Source of the DNA: Octopus sinensis
Taxonomy: Eukaryota
Length of the DNA: 64,000 nucleotides
Assembly (NCBI RefSeq): GCF_006345805.1
Contig: NC_043015.1
Location: 37,014,001 to 37,078,000, forward strand
Direction: 5' to 3'
Shown: positions 40,493 through 53,802 of the stretch, piece by piece
Layout: every line of letters starts with the position of its first letter
How positions within the stretch are numbered: position 1 is the stretch's first letter
Notes under the pieces: model-generated
Databases searched by the model: none
What the model saw: only the letters and a program-made list of their open reading frames with translations
What the model was told of the DNA's origin: nothing
Program-made: the position numbers and the translations under genes

Positions 40493-40936
40493 TATGTTTG
40501 ACTTTTGCTTTATATTTGTACAAGTTGGCTCCAAGTCTCACCCAGAGACCTCAAGAGACAACAGGTTGGAAGTTCATGTTGTTGTTATGCCTAGTGTGCC
40601 ATATATTTGTTTTTATTTTGGTGTTGTACTAGTTAATGTCCAAAAAAACCCCAAAAAAACGAAAATTATCTTTGCTTTAAACCCTGAGATTACGTAGAAA
40701 GTATTTTGCGTATGATATGAGCAGTTCCCATGAGCACTATCTTTTGAATTTCTGCCATTTTGGGGTTTCCTGGTATCTGAGTTAGGTAGCAATCAGTCCC
40801 TTTCGCTATCATTCCCAGGGCAACTATGACAACAGGTATTGTTTTAGTCTTCAGCTTCCACATTTTGCTGATTTCTATTTCAAGATCATTATATTTGCTC
40901 AGTTTTTGGTAGGTCTTGACAGATACGTTTATATCG

Positions 40937-40939
<3 letters not shown>
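40492..40939 (-). mobile_element. 5'-truncated R4/Dong-like copy (3' UTR plus end of RLE domain)
   Basis: Highly similar to 61365-61825 and flanked on both sides by (TTA)n. Confidence 0.95.
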
Positions 40940-40994
<55 letters not shown>

Positions 40995-41296
40995 GTTGTT
41001 GTTGTTGTTGTTGTTGTTGTCTTCTAACGCTGGAGATGTACAACTGCAACTTAGCGGTTCGGCACAAGATTTCGACAGATTAAGTACCGAAATTAAAACA
41101 AAAATTACTGGTGTCGATACATTCGACTATACGTTCCTAGTATTATTATACGTCTTTACGTCCAAACACCGTCGAGGTCAACTTTGCCATTTTATCCGTT
41201 CGGGGTGGATAAATTAAGTACCAGTGCAACACTTGGCCTGATGTAATCGACTGTACCTCTCCCCCAATTTCAGGCCTTGTGCCTATTGTAGAAAGG

Positions 41297-41339
<43 letters not shown>

Positions 41340-41357
41340 ATTATTATTATTATTATT

Positions 41358-41805
41358 CTATGTTTGACTTTTGCTTTATATTTGTACAAGTTGGCTCCAA
41401 GTCTCACCCAGAGACCTCAAGAGACAACAGGTTGGAAGTTCATGTTGTTGTTATGCCTAGTGTGCCATTATATTTGTTTTTATTTTGGTGTTGTACTAGT
41501 TAATGTCCAAAAAAAACCCCAAAAAACGAAAATTATCTTTGCTTTAAACCCTGAGATTACGTAGAAAGTATTTTGCGTATGATATGAGCAGTTCCCATGA
41601 GCACTATCTTTTGAATTTCTGCCATTTTGGGGTTTCCTGGTATCTGAGTTAGGTAGCAATCAGTCCCTTTCGCTATCATTCCCAGGGCAACTATGACAAC
41701 AGGTATTGTTTTAGTCTTCAGCTTCCACATTTTGCTGATTTCTATTTCAAGATCATTATATTGCTCAGTTTTTGGTAGGTCTTGACAGATACGTTTATAT
41801 CGATT
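41358..41805 (-). mobile_element. 5'-truncated R4/Dong-like copy (duplicate of 40492-40939)
   Basis: Same sequence and same truncation point (..tatatcgatt|tatt). Confidence 0.95.
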
Positions 41806-41818
41806 TATTATATTATTA

Positions 41819-41858
<40 letters not shown>

Positions 41859-42160
41859 GTTGTTGTTGTTGTTGTTGTTGTTGTCTTCTAACGCTGGAGA
41901 TGTACAACTGCAACTTAGCGGTTCGGCACAAGATTTCGACAGATTAAGTACCGAAATTAAAACAAAAATTACTGGTGTCGATACATTCGACTATACGTTC
42001 CTAGTATTATTATACGTCTTACGTCCAAACACCGTCGAGGTCAACTTTGCCATTTTATCCGTTCGGGGTGGATAAATTAAGTACCAGTGCAACACTTGGC
42101 CTGATGTAATCGACTGTACCTCTCCCCCAAATTTCAGGCCTTGTGCCTATTGTAGAAAGG

Positions 42161-42218
<58 letters not shown>

Positions 42219-44085
42219 TATTATTATTATTATCATTATTATTATTGAGTGAGAGAGAGCAGCGCATGCCATCAAAGTGACACTGGGGTAAAATATACGA
42301 AGCCCAATCATGACTACCCGTCTGATAAGGGTACACCAGGCACATGCATCACAACCATATGTGCGTGACATGGTGATCTCATATCAAGATAAACAGAGCA
42401 TGACCTTGCAGGTGGAGCCCAGTTAGAATTTTCTTCTGGTCAAGTAACCCATCCCGCATACACATCATCTACACTGTTAAACTCAGTACCCACACAACGC
42501 GAAAACATTATGCCATGCAGCATATACAGACACCTCCTCACACTCACACATGCATGCATGTACAAGCGCAGACTCACCAATTCCCAACACCTAGCAACCC
42601 CTAACTCCCATCACTCCTTTTCCACCTCGAATCTCCAGGCATCCCCACCCCCATTTCACCTCGCACATCCATGCATCCCCCACATCTCACACATGCACCA
42701 AATGATAACATGGACACAAACACTCACACACATACATACACACACCTAAACGCACACAATATTGAAGCATAAACACACATAATACACACGCACACAACAT
42801 TGTCACACACACACACACACACACGTTGTGCAGAAACACTCACACAGGTGCATTCAAGAAAACGCGCGCGCACAGACGCACATTCGCTCCTCGCATATGG
42901 AATAGACGCACAACTTAGTTGCCACTCACATACATTTCAACACACACACACGCACACACACGTCTGATATCCTCATACACATACGTTACACAGCCTCAAA
43001 CATTTCCACACGGATACACAAGTCAACACAGACGCAGTCATGAATACACAGCCAACACAGACACACAGACAGACACACACACACACACACACACGCGCAC
43101 ACACATAACACCGGTCATACTGCTTTCATACTTGTTTACTAAAGCACACACTCATATACACTTATATACATATGCACATGAGCGCGTAATGTTATGCTTA
43201 CCCACACTCGATTACGCACTCACACGCCCTTACACATACGCACTATCCTCACATAAACACATTCTCTTGTGCATCCATACTTTGGCCAGGTCGTTGTTGT
43301 CCCCTTTCCCATTGAACCAAACCCTTTCACTCAATTCGACATGTAATGCCGTTAATCCAGGTAAGTTGTTTTTCTGAACCTGCTTGATTTCTCCGTTCCT
43401 TTCTGTCGAAGAGCGCAGGAACTTTCCCATGTTTCAATCTAATATACCTTGCTGTTATTTCATGTATTTCTGTCCTCTGTTTCTTGCTATTATTTGTAAA
43501 TTTGGAACGTATATAGATAAACACATGCATGTATATAAACATATATGATGTGTAACAGACTGCCTAAGTAAAAGTCTTGAGAAATTAGGCTCCTCAAAGC
43601 CAGAAAAGAGAAAGCTCACTCGAAGACGACAGATCCAATCCATCGCTGGGGGCTGAAAAAAAAACTTCTGTAAAATTTCTGGTAACCAAAAGTTTATCAT
43701 TTAAATATATATGAAGATATCTAGATATGTAACTATATGCACGAGAATACATACATAAAGCAAAACATGCAAATCTGTACATATACAAGCACGCACACAC
43801 ACACATACATACATACATACATACATACATACATACATACATACATACATACAAACATACATACAAACATACCCTGTTGTTGATGTTGAAATTTCAATGA
43901 AGTAGCGTTTGATCTAGATTAGAAAGCTATACTTTCTCTATTAGCAAATCGCGAAAAAATACTGAAAAATGAGATACATAAGTGCATACTCATAAAGGTA
44001 CTTATACATATATAGGCAGATTCATTTACGCATGTAAAAATATATGTCAAATATGTATGCACATGTAAATATATATATATGTGTG

Positions 44086-44149
<64 letters not shown>

Positions 44150-44241
44150 ACTTCTGCTGCTTTTAAATAAAGCATATTACTCTATTTGTGGTATTTGAGT
44201 ACTCTTTTTTCCACCTTGTTTCACATTTGTGTGCTTACTCC

Positions 44242-44283
<42 letters not shown>

Positions 44284-45308
44284 CAAATGTATGTGAATAT
44301 ATTATATATATATATATGTAAGTATGTACATATACATATGTCTATATGCAAATATATATATATATATATATGTGTGTGTTATTTATATTATTATATGATT
44401 GAGCGTTCGCCACTTCACCTCGTTATGTTTAGCAGCTCTTACTGTTTGTTTTCACTGTCCTGGTTTTGTTACCAACTTTGACCCTCCGCAAATCCCAAAT
44501 TTTATTTTGCTTTGCGAGAGGAATTGTTTTCTCGAAGATACCTCTTGTTCGTAATTGCTCGAAATATAGATTGGATAAACAGCCGACAACTGACGAAGGG
44601 TCGGTCGTTATCTTAATTATCATGTTTTCCATTTGTTTCTTTCGTTGTTCGCAAAAAACGTTCGTATTCCATGTTTCCATGTTGTTTACGTTTTATGCCG
44701 TCCTCTACCCATACACTCATATGTATATACATATATAAGTATGTACATATATGTATATACGCTTATATATATTATCTATATTATCTACATTATATATATA
44801 TATATATGCACATAGGTAGCTTTCTCTCTTCCATTTTTCCTTTCGCTCTCATTCTCCCTCTTCGTGAAGGTATATATATATAAATATAATGTATAAAAAT
44901 AAGTATATAATATACAGCCAAAAGGAGGGATAGAGAGGAGCGGAGAGTGGTCATAAATGTTTCGTGTTAATAGAGAGTCATCGAAGATAAAATGTTTGGA
45001 GACATACAACGGGGATTTGGCGAACTTACAACTGCTGTTTGACACCTCTACTTTTAAGAACCGCAACGGCCATGTTACAAGCCTCTCGACACCAGTTCAG
45101 CTTCTCTACTGAAACAAGCAGCACATTTTGAAAACATGCAAAATTCTAATCTATATTTTCTTATTAACACTATGGATCGTCCTCTTATAGAATATCAATG
45201 TTAGATATAGTGGATATCCCTATGGTAAGAAATCTATATATCCAAGTTTGTATTATCGCCGACGTGAGAGTTCCGTGTGAAAATCAATACACACGTGCGC
45301 ATAAATGC

Positions 45309-45354
<46 letters not shown>

Positions 45355-45609
45355 TATATATGTGTGTGTGTGGTGTGTGTGTGTGTGTGTGTGTATAAAG
45401 AGAGAGATATGCATATCATTTGTGTTTATGTCTATATGCGTGTGTGCGTGTGTATTGGCATATATATATATATTATATATACATATATATGTATAGACAT
45501 ATATATATATATAAGTATATATATACACATTTTTATGTAAATGTACAGAAGTGTATAAACATAGACATACATATATGTATACGTAAGTAGCTAAATATAT
45601 AAGTGCGTG

Positions 45610-45642
<33 letters not shown>

Positions 45643-46854
45643 ATGTGTGTGTGAGTGTGTGTGTGTGTGTGTATGTGTGTGTGTGAGTGTGTGTGTGTTG
45701 GTGTGTGTGTAGGCACGTAAATATATATATATATATATATATATAAATGCTCTGGAACTTTTCCAAAATGATTCCTCAAAGAAAGCAATTGTAAATTTCT
45801 ATTTTGTTTTTGATATTTTTTGCGTTTTCCTTTTTTTGCCTTTGTGCTATTAATTCCTCCATTTTATTATTATTTTTATTATTATTATAATTTTTCGTCG
45901 TTTTCCACTTATTTTTTTCCTTTCTTTTCTTCTTTGACTGCCTTTATTAATCACATGAGGCTCTGACAAGAAAAGAGAGCTAAACTTGCCACAGATAACC
46001 CAAATAAATGTAATTTCGATTATTATTTAGTTTCTCTTTTGTTGTTTCTTTATTTGTTTTATGATCTCGGTTTTTAGCGATCGTTTATTTATTTTTACCT
46101 TTTATTTTATCTTATATGTCTGTTTTGATTTTTTTATTTTTTTTCAATTCTTTAGTTACAAAATTGTTTTATTTCAAAGTAAGTACGTCCAAATGATTGT
46201 GATCATAAAATTAAATTGTTTTGCCTAAAAAAGAAAAAAAATCTAAAATCTATATCGCTCCACTTAAGGTGCCCTTAGGAAAATATTACTGTATCATTTA
46301 CATACATAATGCGTAGTCATGTTTAGTTTTAAAATGGTCGCTCTGAGATCGTATATTCAACATTGAAATAATGATGCGTTTCAACAATAAAAACACTGAT
46401 AACTTCGTAGAGAAGAGAGCATAACTCATGATAGATATATCATTGACTATTATAATTTTGTGTCACGATGATTCACGTTGGTGATATGTCTGCTACAATT
46501 ACTATTGCCAATGAGTAGATCCTCCATTAATACACAAAATATATACACACACACTCGAGCACATCACTGTATACAATGCATGCACTGGATTACTTATATA
46601 CATGCGCATACAAGCCGACATAATTTTAACCTCGTCCACACATACAATAGCATGCACACGTCACCTTTCACGCATAAACACACACACACACACACACACA
46701 CCATTCTTACATGCGCTTAAGCTCGCTAGACCATACCAGCCACGGCTATTATCTCCCCGTCACTCATCCGGTCATTTCATCATGTTGAAACGTTAAACCA
46801 TACATGTGTTTTCTCTCTCCGATTTTTTCGTTCTTTCCCCATTTTCCCTCTCCA

Positions 46855-46893
46855 CTCTTTTTGTCGAAGTGCGTCGGCTCGAAAGGTTAAAGA
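46855..46893 (+). ncRNA. Degenerate minimal hammerhead-like motif, short stem II family
   Basis: tcttt-TTGTCGA-A-GTGC[gtcg]GCTC-GAAA-GG-TT-aaaga. The 5-bp stem I is intact, with several point changes relative to the copy at 8466-8505. Confidence 0.45.
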
Positions 46894-46979
46894 ATTGTTC
46901 ATACTTCTTCAGCGTCAAACTATACACATGCCTGTTGTTCCCTTACTTGTCTTTGTCCTATGCTTTCTTTAAATTTGCC

Positions 46980-47037
<58 letters not shown>

Positions 47038-48269
47038 TTATATATACACATATATATGTATGTAGTTAGGTATGTATTAGGTATAAATGTATCCTTTCTT
47101 CAGTATTCTCAGTCTTCTGTAAATAAACATAACGAAACATCTTTGTCATACATCTACAACGTACTCAATCAGACAATTGCAATCCCGCCCACACAAAAAG
47201 CACACCATATAAAAGCCTTAATCTACTGCATTTTAGATATGTATGTATCTTAATATATAAAACACCGCCTGTGTGTATGTGTGTGAGAGAGATAGAGTGT
47301 GTGTGTTTGTGTGTTTATATGTGCGTGTGCGCGCGCGAGTGTACTCGTTATAGATTCAAAAACTGTGTTGCCGATTTTAACATTGATTCGGCTGCCAAAT
47401 AAAGCATGCTTTTTACACAACTCTTTTTATTACTAAAACAACCTCGAAAATGAGGTTGGGTCTCACAACTCCGAGGCCCTTAGCTAAAGGAGGCAACTCT
47501 GCATGAACAGTCCATGTCTTAGGATATAATGAGGAAATGTTTAAAATGCAGAGAATGAAACGGCGAAGATGTACAGTTGAGTTTATCAGTATCATTTAAT
47601 AGATTATCTTTTAACGTGAAGTCTGTGTTTTGACTAACCCAAACATGCCTCTGTTGTGACAGACCAATTGCATAGCTATTTTTTCTTCCTGAAATACTGT
47701 AAATCTGTGTCTTTCTTTCAATGATAGGATGTGTTTTAAGAGAGATTTTGTTGCTATTTGTAGTAGCTCAAATTACCACAGAGGCATCTGCGCGTGTGAG
47801 TGTATGTGTGTGTGTGCGTCTGTGTGTTGTTGATGTGGTGGTGGTGGTGGTGGTGGTGGTGGTGAAAAAATAGATTTTCTAAGAATATTTCGCACAATAA
47901 CATTTTAAGAGATCCGGATATCTTTCTTACTGCTAACCATTCAACTTCAAATTACAATTGTTAATTGTTGGAAATCAAGTAGACTGAGATGTAAATATGG
48001 TAAATTCTTATAGAGTGCAACTTCTATACGAAGTTTTGGAACTCATTATGAGCCATTAAGTTTTAAAACATTATTTTACTGCGTTTAGTCTTTCGACTGT
48101 CGCCATGATGGGGTCTCAACTTCAAAAATTTAATTGATCGTACTGACCTCAATACGTATTTCAATCTGGCACTCATTTTATAGATCTCTGCTTGATGAAC
48201 TGCTAACTTTGGGAGATAGCGGGACACAATAGTCGGTTTAACAACAAATGTAAACACACACATATTGCG

Positions 48270-48420
48270 TGCAAGGATGACTGTGTGGTTTAGAAGTTTG
48301 CTTCCCAACTACGTGGTACCACGTTCAGTCCCCCCCCGCATGGTACCTTGGGCAAGTGTTTTCTACTATATAGCACTAGGCCAACCACAGACTTGTGACT
48401 GACTTTAGTAGTCGGAGACA
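48270..48420 (+). mobile_element. tRNA-derived SINE (family C)
   Basis: tgactgtgtggtttagaagtttgcttcccaac..gttcagtccc..accttgggcaagtg. Relatives at ~50-190, 14390-14530, 20740-20897, 53580-53730 and 54360-54590. Confidence 0.75.
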
Positions 48421-48550
48421 GCAGCGTTGTTCACGAGAAAATGACCGAAAAACATGTTTATAAAGAAGAGTTGTTCGCTTCATACTCCTCGCGTGCCAAT
48501 TCTGCCCATAAGAAAGGAACAAATAATTCAATATGGATGTAGGTCGTAAC

Positions 48551-48580
48551 ACCTGGGCAACGCCGGGGTGCAGTGATAGT
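48551..48580 (+). mobile_element. Possible Helitron 3' terminus
   Basis: A GC-rich imperfect hairpin (cctgggcaacgccgggg) is followed ~8 nt later by ATAG|T, one change from the canonical CTAG|T end. No 5' TC end was located. Confidence 0.4.
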
Positions 48581-49102
48581 ATACATATAAGTTTTGAGTG
48601 CGTTACTAATAAGATGGTGAAGCATTTTCACTGCCAATGATTCCCTAACGTCATCCACGGGATTTAGACAATTTTTGCTTGATCTACCTCGGGACACATT
48701 CAGTGTACGCTGTGTACATAACAAATGTCTGAGACGAAAAATGGTCCATACGAGAAAATTTACTGCTCACCACGATCGTTTCGACGCATCTGGCATCGAT
48801 CCCTCGAAGGTAGGAATTTTGTACAACTGGTTGTGGTGGATCCTTCGGTGCAGACGCATCTCCTCAGGTGTTAGGGGTATCGCGTTAAATAAATTCTGTT
48901 TCGCTCGTTTTTAATACAGCATATTGTTAGTGACATTGTGTTTACGCCTTGCGGCTTAACGCGTGTTCTCATTTACGTCTCTATCATTTCTTATATATGT
49001 ATATATAAACACATATATTTATGTATGTTTATTCATATATGTGTGTGTATATATGTGCATCTATATAAACATATATATATGCCTGTGTATACATATATAT
49101 GC

Positions 49103-49144
<42 letters not shown>

Positions 49145-49399
49145 TATGTATTTGTACATGTCCATAAATGTGTGCATGCGCGTGTGTGTGTGAATCGAAC
49201 TGAAGAATTTCTCAACGGTCTTTAGATTACTTATCTTTTACAAGGAATACGGTCGAATGTGACTTGGAACATTCGTCATAGAATTATTCGATTCGAACGC
49301 ACATGCTGCATTTACAAAATCATTAACAGCATACAACTTGTAGACACGTGCCTGTGCAAATACATGTATTCATATATACATTCATATACATCGATATCC

Positions 49400-49474
49400 A
49401 TATCCAGCCATTCATCCATCCATTCATCCATCCATCTACCTACATATTTACATACCTATCTCTCTATTTACCTA

Positions 49475-49507
<33 letters not shown>

Positions 49508-49581
49508 CTATATATCTATCTGTCTATCCATCTATCTATCTATCCATCTATCTTTCTATCAATCTCTCTCTCTCTCTCTCG

Positions 49582-49646
<65 letters not shown>

Positions 49647-49652
49647 GCTATA

Positions 49653-49711
<59 letters not shown>

Positions 49712-49765
49712 ATATACAGCCATCTATCTAGTCATCTATATCTATCCATCCAACTATCTATCTAA

Positions 49766-49816
<51 letters not shown>

Positions 49817-49952
49817 CGATCTATCTATCGATCTATCTATCAATATATCTCTCTATCTGTCTATCTGTCTGTCTATCAATCTATCGCTCGATCGATCGAT
49901 CTATCTCTCTATCTATCATTCTATCTATCTAATTCATCTATCTATCTATCTA
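49400..49952. repeat. (TATC)n/(TC)n/(TA)n compound microsatellite
   Basis: Directly visible. Confidence 0.95.
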
Positions 49953-49954
49953 CA

Positions 49955-50000
<46 letters not shown>

Positions 50001-52389
50001 TGTGTATGAATGTTTTAGCGCAGAAAACAATGCATCTCTTCACATACATTTTTATAAAATGTCTGATCATTACTTGGTCGTTCTGCAACGATTTCTTCTT
50101 CTTCGTCTCGAACATTCTCCTCTCTTCGCAAGCATCATCATCGTTCAACCTTACAAGACATTTAAACTTACCATTCTCCACCTTCCTTTTAAAATTTTGA
50201 CAATCATAAACAAACACTTTTGTCGCAATGCATTTAACAATAAGTGAAGACTTGAATGATTCACATTCGATATTTAAATTTAAGAAGATTTACAAAGATT
50301 TATTTTTATTATCATTTTGAACTGAATAAACACTTAACATACTGGAAAGGAGGGAAGACTATTAACTATGATCATGAGACTTACAAGTTGTTTTATTTTT
50401 CGCTTATGTGAGTTTACAAATGAGTTTTGTAGTGGAAAAGATAAGTAATGAATAGATTAAATATTTTGGTTTATGTGAGAGATTTAAAATGCTCTCTTAT
50501 CTTAAAATACTTAGGAATTTGAAAGCAATCGTACTTTTCTGAGATTTTCTTTTTGTCCTCTTGAGAATTCCAAGATTTCTCTGTTTAAGGATTTATATCA
50601 GTCACTGATGTTGTGTGTAAAATAATATTATTACAAACTTGGCCAACATCTGCCATTGCAGAGCTGGTGAAATGCTGCTGTATTGTGTAATGCGAAAATC
50701 TTTTGTATCGTTAAAGGCCCGACTTAACCGTGATATTTTTTCAAGCATCAATGTGTTCCAGATACATCTTAGCTCAAGATTAGCCCTTCTTCAACAGAAC
50801 TATCATCAAAAACAATTCATGTGTGAGCATCTGATTTTTGCAAGGAATTGTGTAGTAAAAACTGCGTTAACCGCTGAGTACTTGTATTTCTCTATTTGAA
50901 GGAAATAATGTTGCTGTGTGTATCTGGTTGAGCAACCACTTACATTATAGAAAATCTCTGTCTCTTCGTTTCATCAACTTCGGTCTTTATTAAACGTGTA
51001 CTAGAATATGGTTTCGGGATTATGCAATCAAATGCCTTCTACTTTCTCACGGATATTTGCAGAATTGTTCAGGTATTTGTTAAATCTTCAACACTGTCAT
51101 ATTTAAGCTTACTATTTCAAAAGTTGCCAACGTAGATTCTATTTCCCCAGTTCACATCGCTTAAACATCGAGCTCATAAGTTGAGAAATTTAACATTTTT
51201 TGTTAAAATTTTTATTTGGCCAATATTCTCTGGCAACAGAATATAACGTGTTTTTTTCTTGGTACAGATTTATAGTGTTCTGTTATATACATAGATGGAA
51301 TAAGTAATTGTTAAAGAGGGCAACAAACGTTAAGGCAAGGCAAGCATCTCAGGTCATATGCATTATTATTATTGGAAGAAATTTTGGAAAACAATTATTA
51401 TTGAGAATATAGGTGTTGGCGTGGCTCTCTGATTTGCCGTTCCGTCCCAATGCACAACACCTTACTGCGATTCAATTTGGTTGACGGAAACTGTGTAAAA
51501 TCACTCGTATACCTATTCATGCATACATACATACATTAATACGTACATACATACATATATACATTCATACATACATACAAATATATGTATTTATTTGGGA
51601 GTGTTTTCTTGTATTTGTGCTGGTCACACGCACCCACACCCCACACATACACACAGCTTCACAATCGGCATGCGGTTATTTACGTCCTCATGAACTAGCG
51701 ATTCAACAAAAAGGACTCGATGGAATAAGGACTAGACTTTATATTGGTCTCGATTTGTTTGTTGTAACTTTTCAAAGGGTTGCTGCAGCAAGGCCGCGGT
51801 CCGATAAGCAAAACAAAGCTACCAACGTTTTCGTCTTCCAATTCCTATTACATTGGCGGTGTATTTCGCAGGGTCTTCAGAGACAAAATTTAAATTTAAG
51901 AAGAGTTAAGCACATTTAGTTAATTTATTTATTCAGTGGGATATACACAGGAATTATTTGGAAGAAATCCAACAATTCCAGAAGACTTAGGAGATTTTTA
52001 ACCGTTTATTTATTCTATATTCGCAGAGTTTGCAGATGAGTTAAGTAATATAATACTTATTTAATGCAAACAATAAATACAAATAAATGCTTTCTATATC
52101 TACAGTTGTAAGCATTTCTAAGGTTGGATCCATTATTAGAGAGTAGGCATTTTGAAGGAAAGAAAAATTCACTTTTGTTCAACGATGGGGTTAATCTCTA
52201 AAAGATTTGTATTAAGTAACAGTTGGATAAAAAAGAAAAACAAACTACGATTGAGCATACAAATTAGAAAATATATACAGGGACGCTAAAGTTTCACGAT
52301 CCTTAGGTAAGCATGGATGTATGAATATATCCATGGATATTTTTAGGTATTTATCTATCTACCTGTCTTTTTGACTCTCTCTCTTTGTC

Positions 52390-52425
<36 letters not shown>

Positions 52426-52478
52426 GAGAGAGAGAGGGAGATACATACATTTACATATATACATATATATATATTCAT

Positions 52479-52515
<37 letters not shown>

Positions 52516-52843
52516 AGGAAAATAAGACAAAAATCCTAAAAAAGTAAAAATTCTAAAATAATTTTACCATCAAGAGCATTTTAGTAGCGGTATCAGTCTT
52601 TCCGACTATTTTAACTTTGAGTAAAGCATGAAAAACAATTAAATTGTGGAAAAATTAAATGAAATGCTTTAAAAAATATTTGCATTGTTTTCAAATACAA
52701 GGGACATTTTTCTACTTTTCTGTCTGCCTCTTGGTTTTACTCTTGTGATGGCTTCGTAGCAGGGAGCAGGTAGTAACAGTCCTAAAAGAATATCAAATAT
52801 TTTCCTTATACATATCAACTCGTATGTTCCTTTCCAACCTTCA

Positions 52844-52889
<46 letters not shown>

Positions 52890-53767
52890 TAGCCAGTATA
52901 ACCAGGGTACAAGATAGCTCACAGCATCGCTAGAAATAACAGTCAACACTATATCAATGTGGTGGTCCGGCGTATGAGGCATAACGACTACATCTTACCC
53001 AAGTTGAGTCTGTCTTCAAATGGTGACCCATACTTTCCAGGCTTTGTGTATAATTTCATATCAGACGAGATGGCCTCCGTTGGAAAGTTTGTTTAAAAGA
53101 CTTGTCCAGAAAATGACAACAAAACCAGCAATATTCATTCACATAATTTTAATAGTTTTCTCTCTTTATTTTTGTACCTTTATCTCTTTACGCTCACTCT
53201 CATTCTCTATATCTCTTTCTCACCCCCTTCTCGAAATTTACCGGACGTGAACGACACCCCAACCCGCAAAATAGAAAAATAATCATCTGCATCGCAGCAT
53301 GAGACTTCAAAATCGAACGCCTTGTAATTAATCACGTGGTGAATATGAATATTACATTACCATCGCAAGTTAAAGGCAATCCTCCCATTGTTTGTACAGT
53401 CATGCTACATTAACCAAATGACAGAGATCCTACTCAGTGGCTTAAGCTGCTACTTGTGTCTACATTTTTTTGGCTCTCATGCGGTGAACTAAAACTGGCT
53501 TTAGCTCTAAGCCTGCTGAAAATAGTCTATACGCTTTGTAACCACAAATTAACTGTTATCTGAGCGTTCAAACGCTGCTAGAAATGTCTAAGAAATTCGC
53601 TTCTCATCTGTGTGCGTCTGGCTTCAGTTTCACTACGCGATACATTCGGCAAATGGCTTTCACTACAGCCGTGAGCCGACTGAGGCCTCGTGAAAAGATT
53701 TCGGAGACAAGGACTGTATGGAAGCTATTAAATGTATTTATATGTATGTTGTGTGTGTGTGTGTGTG

Positions 53768-53802
<35 letters not shown>

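Larger units (their letters stand above)
40432..42245. repeat. Near-identical tandem duplication, unit ~865 bp
   Basis: The unit (TTA)n - Dong 3' fragment - (TTA)n(TTG)n - SINE fragments occurs at ~40432-41297 and ~41298-42160. The visible differences are mainly 1-bp indels. Confidence 0.95.

Noticed and set aside
42246-42460. Repeat-like block after (TTA)n considered as a LINE 5' end with an HDV-like ribozyme
   Set aside because: I could not build the nested double pseudoknot or find the L3 motif; identity unresolved.
44590-44612. CTGACGA-AGGG core-like word (also CTGATGA at ~25945, 26922, 56691)
   Set aside because: No closing stem II followed by GAAA.
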